Source of the DNA: an uncultured delta proteobacterium
GTDB lineage: Bacteria; Desulfobacterota; BSN033; UBA1163
Assembly (NCBI GenBank): GCA_963820625.1
Contig: CAWGAV010000034.1
Location: forward strand, 95-64,094
Length of the DNA stretch: 64,000 nucleotides
Reading direction: 5' to 3'
Shown one piece after another: positions 1-10,894 of this stretch (positions are counted from its first letter, which is position 1; each line of letters opens with the position of its first letter). Made by a program: the position numbers and the translations under genes. The notes below the pieces were generated by a model that made no database searches, was not told the DNA's origin, and saw only the letters and a list, made by a program, of their open reading frames with translations.

Positions 1-659
1 CATCTCGGACTTTTGAGAAACTTTTATGAAATTCTTACAATTTTCAAGGGCTTCCTTATTCCTCCCCATTTTTTCATAACACCGGCCCATCCCTAAATAG
101 GCATTTGCCAGCTGAAAGCTTTCACCCACATCAACGACCTTTTGATAAGCATTCATTGCCTTTTCATAATCCTTTTTCCCTTCATAGGAATAACCGAGAC
201 CTTCCATGGAAAATGACCGGTAAAGTTTTTCCTTCCCTACTTTTTGGAGAAAGTTCTCATAAGCTTTAATGGCCTCATCAAATTCACCCAACCGGAGATG
301 GATGTTTCCTTTATACAAGATAGCGAGTTTCCCGGACGACGTTTTTGGGAATTTTGTGATGACCTCATTAAACTTTTCTAAGACATTTTTATATTCTTGG
401 AGAGATCCCTCCGGTATGGAGCGCTAACGATCTGGTAAGCTTCCGTGGCCAGACTAAATAGTTGATAACCATTTCCCTCATTTTTCTTCTCCCATCTTTG
501 ATAAAAGAAAATAGTCAAGAGGAGGATTAAGACAATCATCCCCCCTGTTGCGATAGACTTGGAATGGTGGGTGACAGAAAGATAGGCTCTTTCGGTAAGA
601 TTAATAAATTCATCAGGCTCTTTTAACTTCTTTTTTATAATCTTTTTTGCCCTGGTCAT
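1..659 (-). pseudogene. Membrane-anchored TPR protein (YfgM-like layout); its 3' end lies beyond the window and the reading frame is broken near 424-430
   Basis: ORF 378..659 gives a basic N-terminus plus a TM helix (GGMIVLILLLTIFF). Hand translation of the minus strand from 423 to 1 in another frame gives TPR-like text: SIPEGSLQEYKNVLEKFNEVITKFPKTSSGKLAILYKGNIHLRLGEFDEAIKAYENFLQK... That frame has a TAG at 424-426, so joining the halves needs a 1-nt frame change. Confidence 0.55.
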
Positions 660-677
660 CTCAAACCACCTTTCATT

Positions 678-2618
678 TTAACTTTTATAATAACTTTTTT
701 TGGGACTTTGAGAAGTGCCCCTCAGCACTCTCTTCTCCCCTAATCGAAGCGTCAATTTGATCTGATCAAAATACTCAATCAATGGGATGGCATATTTTCT
801 TGAGGCCCTGGTCATCTCCTTAAATTGAGGGGTTGTAATCTCCTGATGGCTCTTTAAGTAGGTGATCAATTCCTCTTTTAAATTTTCAAAAGGGACTCGA
901 TGTAAATAGATTTCACTTTTGATCTTAACGAGTATCCCCTCATGAACCAGATGTTCAAAAATCGCTCGAACCTCTTCTTCTCTTTCAGACCATTCCTCTG
1001 ACAATTCTTTTGGGGAGCGGGGTTGGAGTCCTCCCCTCAGGATAGCTGCCTCCACCCGCTTGAACAACCCCTTCTCATCGGCAGATGAGATTTGGTGACC
1101 GGAAAGCCTCAACTTATCTTTTTCCAGTACAACCTCTTTCGATTGGATCAGCTCATTAATGAGGATTTGAAAAAGTTTAACATCCACCTCTGGAGGGAGT
1201 TTTGTCCTCAACTCCTCTTTGGACAATCCAGATTTCATGGGTGATCTCTGATGGAAATCTCTCAATTGGGTCAATACCATTTCCTTCAACCCCTGATATT
1301 GTCCCCTTTCAATTACTTTTAATTTTTCAGGATCAATGAATAGGAGATCCCCTTTCCCCGCCATCTTTCGGAGTATCAACTGAATCTCACTGGATGGCAT
1401 CTCAATGCGGTTCAATAGGTCTTCCAGGGTAATGCCTCCCATCCCTGAGTGATGAATGTGCTGTCGGAGGGCCTGTTCACTTGTGCCGTCTTTGAGGAGA
1501 CTCAGATCAGCGATCACCGACGAAGAATACCTTCTATGTTTGTCCGGATGACTGTCCAGGATAATCCCTCCCCCTATGGTTTGGATGGCTGAAGAACCGC
1601 GGATGACAAAGCGGTCCTGCGGTAAAGCCACCACTGGTCGTTCCAATCTCAATTGGACAAACCCGCCTTTTCCTGGAGCCAACTCTTCCCGATCAAGGAG
1701 AAAGATGGATGCATTAGTGAGAGTGGTACCAATATGAAACCTCTGCTTGGTCCGGTGTTTTAAGGGTCGTGGGGCATCCGGTAAATATTCAAGATAAGCA
1801 TCGATGAGCTGACTAGGCTTAAGGGTATTCAGCTTTGTGAGAACGTCTCCCCTCTCGATCGATGAAGTTTCTATCCCCTGAAGGTTAACCGCTGACCTTT
1901 CCCCTGCTACTGCCTTTTCAACACTTCGACTATAGACTTGGAGGTTCCTGACCTTCCCTTCTAAGCCGGAAGGAAGGACTTGAACCGTATCTCCCAGAGA
2001 AAGGCTTCCCGAAATCATGGTCCCTGTCACCACTGTTCCAAAACCTTTCATAACAAAGACACGGTCGATCGGCAAGCGGAATAGACCTTTCGATGACCTC
2101 TCCTCAATATCCTGCGAAAGAAGATCGAGTGTGGAAAGGAGCTGAGGGATCCCCTCCCCTGTCATGGAGGAAACAGCAAGGATCGGCGCCCCTTTTAAAA
2201 ATGTATCCTGGACAATTTCCGACACTTCCTCTTTAACTAATTCTAATAATTCACGATCAATCAGGTCAATTTTGGTTAGAACGATTAATCCTTTTTTGAC
2301 ATTCAAAAGCTTACAAATATCCAAATGCTCTCTCGTCTGTGGCATGACCCCTTCATCCGCAGCGATGACTAAGGCAACGAGGTCGATTCCCCAAACACCC
2401 GCCACCATATGCTTAACAAACTTTTCGTGGCCTGGCACATCAATGATCCCCAATCGTATCCCGCTGGGGAGATCTAGGAAAGTGAACCCCAGTTCAATAG
2501 TGATCCCTCTTTCTTTTTCTTCTTTCAATCTATCGGTATCCACACCTGTGAGAGCTTTCACGAGAGAAGTTTTCCCATGGTCGATATGTCCGGCAGTCCC
2601 TAGAATGACATGTTTCAT
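678..2618 (-). CDS. selB: Selenocysteine-specific translation elongation factor SelB
   Basis: 646-aa ORF. GTPase motifs [16 protein letters not shown] and TKID are present. The long C-terminal extension is typical of bacterial SelB winged-helix domains. Confidence 0.93.
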   Translation of the reverse strand: MKHVILGTAGHIDHGKTSLVKALTGVDTDRLKEEKERGITIELGFTFLDLPSGIRLGIIDVPGHEKFVKHMVAGVWGIDLVALVIAADEGVMPQTREHLDICKLLNVKKGLIVLTKIDLIDRELLELVKEEVSEIVQDTFLKGAPILAVSSMTGEGIPQLLSTLDLLSQDIEERSSKGLFRLPIDRVFVMKGFGTVVTGTMISGSLSLGDTVQVLPSGLEGKVRNLQVYSRSVEKAVAGERSAVNLQGIETSSIERGDVLTKLNTLKPSQLIDAYLEYLPDAPRPLKHRTKQRFHIGTTLTNASIFLLDREELAPGKGGFVQLRLERPVVALPQDRFVIRGSSAIQTIGGGIILDSHPDKHRRYSSSVIADLSLLKDGTSEQALRQHIHHSGMGGITLEDLLNRIEMPSSEIQLILRKMAGKGDLLFIDPEKLKVIERGQYQGLKEMVLTQLRDFHQRSPMKSGLSKEELRTKLPPEVDVKLFQILINELIQSKEVVLEKDKLRLSGHQISSADEKGLFKRVEAAILRGGLQPRSPKELSEEWSEREEEVRAIFEHLVHEGILVKIKSEIYLHRVPFENLKEELITYLKSHQEITTPQFKEMTRASRKYAIPLIEYFDQIKLTLRLGEKRVLRGTSQSPKKSYYKS

Positions 2619-3251
2619 CAGCCTACCCTACAATGAATCCTTCCATTATTATCTAATAAGATAACAAAAAGCCCTACATCTTTCAATTCCATTCCTTTCT
2701 CTTCTCTAATATTCCGCCACATCGGACTTGAAGCTGAAAACGATAGGCAATCCTGCTCAAGAAAGACAGGCCTTTGAGAAAGATCTAGGGATAGGTCATT
2801 TCAAAGAAGCCCGGAGATATTGTATAGAAACAATATATTCTTCTCCACGATTGAATTTTCCTATCATTGCCATGCTGGACTCATTCTTTTGTCGATTCCG
2901 TCTTTGTCTCCGCGTGATGGGTGGGGCAATTGATTTAAGATCAAGGGAAAGAGGGCGGTGCTATCCCCGGATGCAGAAAAATCAATGCTTGGAAGAATAG
3001 CTTCTCCCGATGTGTAAATCCTGTGGAAAATAATGTTTCAACGTTACATACCTCTTCAATTCCCTTAAATAATTAAATTCAAGGATGGATTGATTTAAAA
3101 AAAAATCTTGATATTTCAATAGGTTACATTTTTGTGGTTTTTGGCTATAGCAACACAACATCTTGTGGTCTAAGAGATAACTTTCAAAACTTCAATGTTC
3201 ATAACCTGTTTATATGCTATCTCTCAAATAGTAACTTTACGACCCCTTCAT

Positions 3252-3290
3252 ATAACAAAAGAGGGGAGGATTTTACCTTCCTCCCCTCTT
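3252..3290 (-). terminator. Intrinsic terminator downstream of hup
   Basis: A 12-bp perfect stem (AAGAGGGGAGGA 3259-3270 / TCCTCCCCTCTT 3279-3290) with an 8-nt loop. On the minus strand it is followed by TTGTTAT. Confidence 0.75.
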
Positions 3291-3328
3291 TATCAAAACT
3301 TATAAAACAGGATTTAGTTTATCAAGGA

Positions 3329-3601
3329 TTACTTTACCGACCTTTTTAGCAGATTGCCTGCTTTAAATTTTGCCACTCTGGTGGCAGGAATTTTAATCTC
3401 TTTTCCGGTTTGGGGATTCCTCCCTATTCTAGCCCTCCTCTTCGCCACAGAGAAAGTTCCAAATCCAGTCAGGGTCAACTTATCTCCCTTCTTTAACGCC
3501 TTCGTCACCGTATTGGTAAATGCATTGAGGGTTTTTTCAGCTGACGCTTTCGAGATCTTGGCCTCCTTCCCTATACTGACAATCAACTCCGCCTTCGTCA
3601 T
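3329..3601 (-). CDS. hup: HU family DNA-binding protein
   Basis: 90-aa ORF with the HU/IHF signature GFGTFSV..R.ARIGRNPQTGKEIKIPA. Confidence 0.95.
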   Translation of the reverse strand: MTKAELIVSIGKEAKISKASAEKTLNAFTNTVTKALKKGDKLTLTGFGTFSVAKRRARIGRNPQTGKEIKIPATRVAKFKAGNLLKRSVK

Positions 3602-3748
3602 TTAAATCACCTCCTTTTTTGTGGGAAATATTTCCTTGGATGAAATGTTATTGAGCTACTTAAAATGATGCCCATCATAAACCATCGATATTTTAAAAGT
3701 CAAGTCTTTTATTTCAAAAATTTAATTCTTTTATTCCTCCATATTGAA

Positions 3749-4915
3749 TCATATAAACGATTCCATGAAATCAGAAAGGGCCTTCTCAAGGCCTCCTGGT
3801 CTCTCTGATTCGATCTGTTGAAGGGCCCTTTCGACCTCGTTCCTGAGCTCCGGTTTGGAAAGGTCCTCCATCGAATGATAGATTCCTGCCCTCCTTCCTA
3901 ATCGAAAGTTGTTCTTTTCTTCTTTGGGGAGAGCGAGATAGCGGTCAATGAGCTTCAGCATCTTTTTTTTCTCTTCCGGAAGTTTCCCTTCCACTTCTTG
4001 GAGGAGGTTCAAGACGTGATCGCTGACAAAGGTGCTTGTGATCCCTTCCAAATGCTCGATCAAAAGCCTTTCTTCTTCGACCATTTCCTCATCATTCAAT
4101 AGGAGGAACTCACCTTTTTCGATTTTCTGGTAAAGGATCATTGTCTTTAAAACCTTCAATGTTCGAACCCGAATGAAGTCTGGGTTAATTTGATTGAGGA
4201 CCTTTGCCGTTTCCATAGCATGGTCCCGCCACATCCCTTTTCCTCCCAACCCAAGGATCACATATTCCGAAAGGGAGATCCCGGACTCCTTTACCTTTTT
4301 CCCCGCTTCAATATGTTCCTGGGCTGTGACCCCCTTTTTGATATATTGAAGGAGAGGGTCATATCCCGTCTCTAAACCAATGTGAATTCGGGAAAGTCCA
4401 GCGCGGTTCAGGTTCTGAAGTTCTTCAACCCTCTTTTTTGAAACCGTTTTGGCCCGTGAATAAGTAGTAATCCTCTCGATGGAAGGGAAAGTTTCTTTCA
4501 AATATTTTAATATCTCGACTAATTGATTTGTTTTGAGTATCAAATTGTCCCCATCTTGAAGAAAGACGTTTTTGCCTCCTGTATAAAGCCATAAAGCAAT
4601 TTGTCGGAATCCGTCTGAATAATGTTGCGGATCTTGTAAAATAAGATTGATGAGAGGGGCTGAGGTCTCCCCTCCGAGTCCAGTTCTCCAAGATAAGGAC
4701 TTGATCTCTGAAACCATCTCCTGAATCGTGTCAATATCTTTTTTCACCTCCTCCACAGTCCTTAAACTGAACTTCTCATTCTTATAGGTATGACAGAACT
4801 CGCAGCGATTCCAAGGGCAGTTACGTGTAATCCGTAAGAGAAGGCTATAGGCTTCACTTGGAGGACGAATAGGACCTTGTTCAAATTGGACTCTTATCAT
4901 GAATTGAAACTCCAA
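3749..4915 (-). CDS. Radical SAM protein of unknown function
   Basis: 388-aa ORF. It has the N-terminal GPIRPPSEAYSLLLRITRNCPWNRCEFCHTY Cys motif and a radical-SAM core (GLETGYDPLL). Confidence 0.8.
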   Translation of the reverse strand: MEFQFMIRVQFEQGPIRPPSEAYSLLLRITRNCPWNRCEFCHTYKNEKFSLRTVEEVKKDIDTIQEMVSEIKSLSWRTGLGGETSAPLINLILQDPQHYSDGFRQIALWLYTGGKNVFLQDGDNLILKTNQLVEILKYLKETFPSIERITTYSRAKTVSKKRVEELQNLNRAGLSRIHIGLETGYDPLLQYIKKGVTAQEHIEAGKKVKESGISLSEYVILGLGGKGMWRDHAMETAKVLNQINPDFIRVRTLKVLKTMILYQKIEKGEFLLLNDEEMVEEERLLIEHLEGITSTFVSDHVLNLLQEVEGKLPEEKKKMLKLIDRYLALPKEEKNNFRLGRRAGIYHSMEDLSKPELRNEVERALQQIESERPGGLEKALSDFMESFI

Positions 4916-4950
4916 ATCATTCCTTGTTTAAATTTTTTCGCTCCAATAAA

Positions 4951-5099
4951 CTCGAAATCCTAAGCTCCTGCCTGCGGTAGGCAGGGTAGGCAGGCGAAAT
5001 TCTAAACCTAATCAAAATCCATCTATCGAATGGTTAAAAAAGATAATTTATGTTTTGAATTTGGAGTTCTGATTATTCGGACTTGCTTAGAATTTCGAA
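4951..5099. repeat. About 150-bp intergenic element: terminal inverted repeats around a GCCTGC palindrome
   Basis: CGAAATCCTAAGC (4953-4965) is complementary to GCTTAGAATTTCG (5085-5097). The internal palindrome is CCTGCCTGCGGTAGGCAGG (4967-4985), followed by a repeated GTAGGCAGG. Confidence 0.7.
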
Positions 5100-5112
5100 T
5101 TTAGATATTATC

Positions 5113-5667
5113 TTACTCAACCGTTCTCTCAAGCTGAAGATGCTGAAGGTCATTGGGGTCGACCTGTAAAATAAAAAAGATTTTGTTCTCGATTCCGTAG
5201 ATCTCCTTTTGCAGTCGGTCTAAATAATCCATGGCCCTCTGATTTCCACCATATCTTTCTTTGAGGTCGTTAAACCTCTTCTCCAATGAAACAATCCGAT
5301 CGTGCATCACTCGTTTATCCGCATAATTCACAATTTCCTCTTCATAGACGGACAAGGGGTCTCCCTCCTTCCCTATCCAGATATGTTGCGCCACGACCTC
5401 CCCTACCCTTTCATACCCCATTCCTTTTAAGAGCTGAGAGCCTGTCTGGGCATGGTCTTCCTTTGTCTTGAGGCACTCTGTTTTCGTAAGATCATGCAAT
5501 AAAGAGGCTGCTTCCACTAAGCCGAGATCAACCCTTTGGCCTTTTTTATTCAATTCCACGGATAGATAAAGGGCTACTTTCGCCACCTCAAGGCTATGGG
5601 CGATAATGTTTTCTAACATTCCATATTGACCCATCATTCTCAAGCATTCTTCCCTGTTAGGGACCAT
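5113..5667 (-). CDS. HD-domain phosphohydrolase
   Basis: 184-aa ORF with H..HD motifs (IAHSLEV, LLHDLTK) and a later ADKRVMHD. Confidence 0.75.
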   Translation of the reverse strand: MVPNREECLRMMGQYGMLENIIAHSLEVAKVALYLSVELNKKGQRVDLGLVEAASLLHDLTKTECLKTKEDHAQTGSQLLKGMGYERVGEVVAQHIWIGKEGDPLSVYEEEIVNYADKRVMHDRIVSLEKRFNDLKERYGGNQRAMDYLDRLQKEIYGIENKIFFILQVDPNDLQHLQLERTVE

Positions 5668-5690
5668 CTATCTATTCCGCTCCTTGCTGA

Positions 5691-6206
5691 CTACCTTCTC
5701 AAAAAAACTCTCTTCTCTACGGAGTCTCTTTCGCCACCGCCTGGTCTTTTTGCTGGGTGGCCGAATGCCACAACAGCCATCAACTCTAAACCCTTACCCG
5801 CTCCTAATAATTCCCCCACCTTCTCTTTATTCTTTAAAATCTCCCCCAACCATACCCCTCCTAATCCCAAGGAATGAATGGTGAGAAGCATATTTTGAAT
5901 GCAGGCCCCTACTGCCTGGACATCCTTCGTTCTGTCATACACTCTGGAATGATCTAAAAAAACGACGATGCAAACCGGAGCCTCTTGAAGGATGGATCGA
6001 GAATGGGTGAAAGCGGCTAAGGACTCTTTCAATGCAGGGGCCTGGATGACGGCAAGCTTCCAGGGTTGGTTGTTCTTCCCAGAAGGTGCCCACAAACCTG
6101 ATTCAAGAATTTGGTTCACCGCTTCATCCGAAACCGCTTCCTTGGCAAACTGCCGGATGGACCTCCTCGTTCTGATGACTTCGATGACCTGATCCTTCGC
6201 TTTCAT
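5691..6206 (-). CDS. Nitroreductase family protein
   Basis: 171-aa ORF. The RRSIRQF motif near the N-terminus, PSGKNNQPW and the length fit the nitroreductase fold. Confidence 0.85.
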   Translation of the reverse strand: MKAKDQVIEVIRTRRSIRQFAKEAVSDEAVNQILESGLWAPSGKNNQPWKLAVIQAPALKESLAAFTHSRSILQEAPVCIVVFLDHSRVYDRTKDVQAVGACIQNMLLTIHSLGLGGVWLGEILKNKEKVGELLGAGKGLELMAVVAFGHPAKRPGGGERDSVEKRVFLRR

Positions 6207-6237
6207 CTTCCATCCTGTGCCTGAATCCTTAAAGAGC

Positions 6238-7380
6238 TCATGAATTTTTCAACTCCCCTTGTTTCTCCTTAAAGGGCAATGAAGGTTGGCTTTCAATCTG
6301 TTCCAATTTAAAACTGAATTTATCCAATCGTCTTCTTGCTTCCTCAAACTTATTCATCGCATTGCTGATATGTTTTCCCACCAGTTGAAAATCTTCTTGA
6401 AAGCCTCCGATGTCTTTTTTCAGACCAGACAGCAAGGCCTGTATCTTCTGAGCCTCTTTCTCAATCTGCAATCCCTTCAACCCCAGAACGATCACTTGGA
6501 GGTACGCATAGAAAGAGTTCGGGGAGACGGGGATCACTTTCTTGGTCAACGCATAATTTAAAACCCCTTTCTCCTCTCCAAACGACTCATCCTTGGTAAT
6601 TATTTCATAATAGACATTTTCTGCAGGAATATAGAGCAAGGCGAAATCATAGGTCCCCTCTTGGGGGAGAATATATTTGCTGGCAATGTCATCAATATGT
6701 TTTTTAACATCTCTATAAAAAATCTTTTTGAATGACTTTTTTTCTTCTTCCGTCTTACACTCAATGATCCGCCTAAAATTATCAAGGGGAAATTTCGAAT
6801 CGATTGGAACAAGTTTTTCTCCCAGCCTCACTACGGCATCGACCCTCTCTCCACTGGAAAATGGGTATTGAAGGCTGTAGAACTCTGGAGGAAGGATCTG
6901 GGATAACAATTCCCCTAAAAATTGCTCTCCCAGTCCCCCTCTCAATTTTGGAGGGCGGAGGATCTCTTGAAGGGTAGCAATGTTTTTACCTACTTCATGA
7001 ATTTGTTCACTGGTCTTAGAGAGCTCTCCGAGCTTTTCTCTCACCTCGCCGATCACTTGTCTTGCGGTGTCGAGCCGCTGACCGATCTGTCCACTGGAGT
7101 TCTGAAGTTGCTGGTTCACCATCTGGAGTTGCTGATTTACCTGTTCATTGATCGCTCGCAACTGTTCGGTAAGGAGAGAAATATTTTTATTAAGTCCATC
7201 GCTCATTTGTCCTCTTAATTGTTCCATCTGCTGTTGCATCATTGTCCACATCATGGGTGAGGACTGATCTGCTTTGAGCTCTTCGAGAATTTTCCTTCCC
7301 TTTCGCTCTATCAGGAAGTAAAGGGCCCCGCCTGCGATAACGATTAAGCCTATCAGTAAATAAAATAGTTCCATCTTCAT
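6238..7380 (-). CDS. rmuC: DNA recombination protein RmuC
   Basis: 380-aa ORF with an N-terminal TM helix, a long Q/E-rich coiled coil and a C-terminal RmuC-type region (ERVDAVVRL..LVPIDSKFPL, LLYIPAENVYYE). Confidence 0.88.
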   Translation of the reverse strand: MKMELFYLLIGLIVIAGGALYFLIERKGRKILEELKADQSSPMMWTMMQQQMEQLRGQMSDGLNKNISLLTEQLRAINEQVNQQLQMVNQQLQNSSGQIGQRLDTARQVIGEVREKLGELSKTSEQIHEVGKNIATLQEILRPPKLRGGLGEQFLGELLSQILPPEFYSLQYPFSSGERVDAVVRLGEKLVPIDSKFPLDNFRRIIECKTEEEKKSFKKIFYRDVKKHIDDIASKYILPQEGTYDFALLYIPAENVYYEIITKDESFGEEKGVLNYALTKKVIPVSPNSFYAYLQVIVLGLKGLQIEKEAQKIQALLSGLKKDIGGFQEDFQLVGKHISNAMNKFEEARRRLDKFSFKLEQIESQPSLPFKEKQGELKNS

Positions 7381-7400
7381 TCCCTGGGCCTATCCCTTAT

Positions 7401-8888
7401 TCAAGGATGTTGAATGATGAGATGTCCTTCCACCTTCTTATCTATTAGGTTAGTAATTAAGACATTCCAAACACTCTCTTTATGGACCTCTTCAAAATAA
7501 ATTGGAAATTCTACTTTGAGGGGGCTTTTCCCTGAGAGAGTGGGAATCCCCTTGATGGTTCCTGATTTTTTAAAAGAAAGCATGAGGGAGGAACTCCCCC
7601 CCTCCCATCTCGCCTCTGTCTTCACCTTTTCTGTTTGACCTTCCCCCTGAGGCCGGGGGGCAGAGAAAGAAAAGGAGAATTCTTCTCTTCCATGAGGCCC
7701 AATCTTGAACGGAAAGATAATGAATGTTCTTTCGAGGACATTATTTTCTAAACGGATATCATCGGAAGGTAATTTAGGAGAGATAGAAACTTTCACTTTT
7801 GAGATCCCAGCAATTCCAACGCGGTAAGGGGGGTCGATGTGATAACGGTTTCCAAAATTGGCCTTTAATGCCTCAGAAATGAAATGGTCGAATTCTGAAA
7901 TCTTTCGGTCGTTCACAAGGATGCGAATTCGAAAGGTAACGCCCTTCCGGAGATCAACTTCACCTCCATTGGAGAGGATGATCATGAGTTCTAAATCTTC
8001 TGTCAAATCTAAATCTTTCACCAAAATGTCCGGTCCAAAAGGCGCTCCATCCAATATCTTCTTCAGGCTGTTATTCCCTTCATTGGACTCCTTCACCCCG
8101 GAAGTAAAGTCGACATGGGCATCAATTTCATGTCGGCCAATAAGGGTTAAAGGGGTCGTCAAAGTGATGCTTCCTTTCACAGGAAGAGAGGACTGATCAG
8201 AAAGGCTTCCTAAGGTATAACTTCCTTTTAGGGATCCATCAACAATGATCTTCAGATTTCCTCCTCCTAAAGGAAGTGGGCTGTCTCCGATATTGGCAAT
8301 GGTTACTAATAGTTTCCTCTTGGGGTTGAGAAAAAGATCAGTAATGGTGAGGTCAGGAAGAAGAGGTTTGATCTCTAATTTTTCTTTCCCTAAAACTTTT
8401 ATAAAGACATTGTTCGCTCCATTTTCTTCGACCATCTGGTCCTCATTATCCACAACGGCCCGGACCTCGTGCTTCCCGACCAACTTGACCGGGGTGGTAT
8501 AGAGTACAAAACCTCCTGGCTGAAGAAAGGTTTGATCCGGGAGGTTTCCAAGAGAATCCCTCCATCTCAGATGACCATCTACATAAATCATCAAACTTCC
8601 AGTACGATAGGGAACGGGTCCTTTCCCAATATTCGAAATCACAACCTCAACCTCTCCTGTTTCACTCAAAGAGATATCCGAAATGATGAGGTCAGGGAGG
8701 AGAGCAGGTTGGGGTGGAGCGAGAGGAGGTTGAATAATGGCTTTCGTGGCGCAACTGAAGAGAAAGATAGAAAAGGCGAAGATCGCAATCGCCCCTTTGA
8801 ACATGAATGAAATTGAGCCTCCTTTGGAACCAAAATAACGCATCACACACCGAAATGCAAGAGATTTTTCCCTTTCCAATCTTGACAC
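7401..8888 (-). CDS. Exported or lipoprotein with three CARDB-like repeats
   Basis: Three repeat starts are visible: LPDLIISDISLSE..VVISNIGKGP, LPDLTITDLFLNP..VTIANIGDSP and GPDILVKDLDLTE..IILSNGGEVD. The likely true start is M29 (8804), giving the signal/lipobox FSIFLFSC. Confidence 0.65.
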   Translation of the reverse strand: MSRLEREKSLAFRCVMRYFGSKGGSISFMFKGAIAIFAFSIFLFSCATKAIIQPPLAPPQPALLPDLIISDISLSETGEVEVVISNIGKGPVPYRTGSLMIYVDGHLRWRDSLGNLPDQTFLQPGGFVLYTTPVKLVGKHEVRAVVDNEDQMVEENGANNVFIKVLGKEKLEIKPLLPDLTITDLFLNPKRKLLVTIANIGDSPLPLGGGNLKIIVDGSLKGSYTLGSLSDQSSLPVKGSITLTTPLTLIGRHEIDAHVDFTSGVKESNEGNNSLKKILDGAPFGPDILVKDLDLTEDLELMIILSNGGEVDLRKGVTFRIRILVNDRKISEFDHFISEALKANFGNRYHIDPPYRVGIAGISKVKVSISPKLPSDDIRLENNVLERTFIIFPFKIGPHGREEFSFSFSAPRPQGEGQTEKVKTEARWEGGSSSLMLSFKKSGTIKGIPTLSGKSPLKVEFPIYFEEVHKESVWNVLITNLIDKKVEGHLIIQHP

Positions 8889-9074
8889 CTATCATTTAAA
8901 ATTGTATTTTTTGAGAGATTAAAGATGACTAAAATGGGGATAGATATTTATTTGTCCCCAAACTTTCAAGAGGTCTCCAAAAAAGCTTGAAATCTTTATC
9001 AGAGACCTCCGAGAGACCTGCATATTTTTAGATTTTTTCAGAGATCTCTTCAATGAGTCTTTCCCGGAGGAAAC

Positions 9075-10115
9075 ATGAAGGAGTTTATTGATCTGAGAAG
9101 CGATACGGTCACCCGACCCACTCCTGCCATGAGAAAAGCGATGGCAGAAGCAGAGGTGGGCGACGATGTCTTTGGAGAAGACCCGACCGTGAATGCCCTG
9201 CAGGAAAAGGTGGCCAAAATCCTTGGAAAAGAAGCTGCCCTCTTTGTCCCCTCAGGGACAATGGCCAATCAGTTATCCATTAAATCCCACACTCAACCCG
9301 GCGATGAGGTGATCATCGAAGCGTCTTCTCATCCCTATAATTTTGAGGGGGGAGCTGGAGCTGCCCTTTCAGGTATCCAATTTCAGTGCCTCAAAGGTGT
9401 ACGAGGGATTCTCGACGCCTATCAGATTGAAGACGCTATCAGACCTGCTGATCACCATTTTCCTGTCACAAGACTGGTCTGTCTTGAAAACACTCACAAC
9501 CGCGGGGGTGGATCTATCTACCCCCTTGAGAAAATGGCAGAAATCTATCGATTGATCAAATCAAAAGGTCTCCTACTCCATCTCGATGGAGCCAGGCTTT
9601 GGAACGCCTCTGTGGCCACAGGAATTAAACCCCATGAATACGCTCAATGGGCGGACTCCGTCTCGGTCTGTCTTTCCAAAGGATTGGGAGCTCCTATTGG
9701 CTCCCTGGTCGCAAGCTCTAAACCATTTATTGATTGCGTTCACCGTTTTCGGAAAATGTTTGGAGGTGGTATGCGACAGGTAGGAATCATTGCTGCTGCC
9801 GGAATTTATGCATTAGGCCATCACCTCGAACGTTTGAAGGAAGACCATCAGAATGCAAAGCGTCTGGCAGTGGGTTTGAAAGAATTTAAAGGAGTCTCCG
9901 TTGATCCTAAGCATGTAGAAACGAATATTATCATCTTTGATGTGGCCGATACGGGGATGACAGGTTCCCAAGTGGCCGAAGCAATGAAGAAGGAAGGAGT
10001 CCTCATCCACCCCTTTGGCAAGACCCAAATCCGCCTGGTCACCCATTTGGATGTAGACGCTGAGGACATTGAGAAAGCACTGAAAACTTTTGAAAAGGTA
10101 TTAGGTAGAAAATAA
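9075..10115 (+). CDS. ltaE: Low-specificity L-threonine aldolase
   Basis: 346-aa ORF with [11 protein letters not shown] at the N-terminus. The PLP-dependent aldolase layout includes the CLSKGLGAP lysine region. Confidence 0.88.
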   Translation: MKEFIDLRSDTVTRPTPAMRKAMAEAEVGDDVFGEDPTVNALQEKVAKILGKEAALFVPSGTMANQLSIKSHTQPGDEVIIEASSHPYNFEGGAGAALSGIQFQCLKGVRGILDAYQIEDAIRPADHHFPVTRLVCLENTHNRGGGSIYPLEKMAEIYRLIKSKGLLLHLDGARLWNASVATGIKPHEYAQWADSVSVCLSKGLGAPIGSLVASSKPFIDCVHRFRKMFGGGMRQVGIIAAAGIYALGHHLERLKEDHQNAKRLAVGLKEFKGVSVDPKHVETNIIIFDVADTGMTGSQVAEAMKKEGVLIHPFGKTQIRLVTHLDVDAEDIEKALKTFEKVLGRK

Positions 10116-10132
10116 ACCACTAAATATCAATT

Positions 10133-10318
10133 GTAGGGGAGTCCCTCTGTGGACTCCCAACCAGGCGGCCACGGAGGACCGCCTCTACTAACTTTTAAGA
10201 AGGTATTTCCTGGAAAATAATTCATAATCCCTCCCAACCTCCCTTTAAAAAAGGGAGGAGGAATAATTCCCCCTTTTCTAAAGCCTGCCTGCCGGCAGGC
10301 AGGGGAGACGGGGGGGGG
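10133..10318. repeat. Cluster of modular hairpin repeats (modules M1, M3, a CCCTTT hairpin, M2, then a G9 run)
   Basis: M1 is GTAGGGGAGTCCCTCTGTGGACTCCC (10133-10158). M3 is CCAGGCGGCCACGGAGGACCGCCTCTAC (10161-10188). Next come the hairpin CCTCCCTTTAAAAAAGGGAGG and M2, CCTGCCTGCCGGCAGGCAGG (10284-10303). A G9 run lies at 10310-10318. Confidence 0.8.
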
Positions 10319-10354
10319 ATTATCAATCTTAGTAGTTTTTAAAAGGAGAAAAAC

Positions 10355-10894
10355 ATGACTTGGAAGCTGGCTGTCGTTGCTGAACGATGTTCCGGATGCA
10401 AGATTTGCGAACTGGTCTGTTCCATTCACCGTTTCGGGGTGAACAACCCCAAGAAGAGTGCGATTCGGGTGATGGTGGTTTACCCTCACCCTATTATACG
10501 GATGCCCATTGTCTGCCGACAATGCAAGGTAGCCAAATGCATGGAGAACTGTCCTACCGGAGCCATCACAACAAAGGATGGTATCTATGATATTGACAGT
10601 GAAAAGTGCATCTCCTGTCAACAATGCGTGATCTCCTGTCCTTTTGGTGCTGTCTTTCTCCACGAGGAGATCGAAACACCTTTTAAATGTAATCTCTGTA
10701 ACGGGAATCCACGCTGTGTGGAGGCCTGCCCCAAAAATGCGCTTCTCTTCTTACCTGAGCATGTATTGGGTCAGGCTCAGAGGATGACCAGCGTTTTAAA
10801 ATATGTGCACATGAAAGAAGTGGAATATGTGGAAAAGGGAGAAAGGAAGGTTCTGAGATATGCCGACATCGAAAAGGGAAAAACGGAAGATTAA
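10355..10894 (+). CDS. 4Fe-4S poly-ferredoxin (electron-transfer partner of AOR)
   Basis: 179-aa ORF with several CxxCxxCxxxCP-type motifs (CSGCKICELVC, CRQCKVAKCMENCP, CISCQQCVISCP, CNLC..RCVEACP). It lies directly upstream of, and overlaps, the AOR gene. Confidence 0.85.
   Translation: MTWKLAVVAERCSGCKICELVCSIHRFGVNNPKKSAIRVMVVYPHPIIRMPIVCRQCKVAKCMENCPTGAITTKDGIYDIDSEKCISCQQCVISCPFGAVFLHEEIETPFKCNLCNGNPRCVEACPKNALLFLPEHVLGQAQRMTSVLKYVHMKEVEYVEKGERKVLRYADIEKGKTED

Noticed and set aside
2619-3328. Expected tRNA-Sec (selC) next to selB.
   Set aside because: No GGTTCGA-type T-arm, no UCA anticodon stem-loop and no long acceptor or variable arm could be assembled on either strand.
10310-10318. 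A G9 homopolymer 37 nt upstream of the ferredoxin/AOR operon start, as a possible phase-variation tract.
   Set aside because: It sits at the edge of the hairpin-repeat cluster. It is not between recognisable -35/-10 elements or inside a coding region. Nothing suggests length-dependent regulation.
10127-10663. ORFs 10127..10663 (178 aa) and 12713..13030 (105 aa) with PACRQAG, GLPY and PPPFFKGRLGG peptides.
   Set aside because: They are generated by reading through the palindromic hairpin repeat clusters and the antisense of neighbouring genes. They are not genes.
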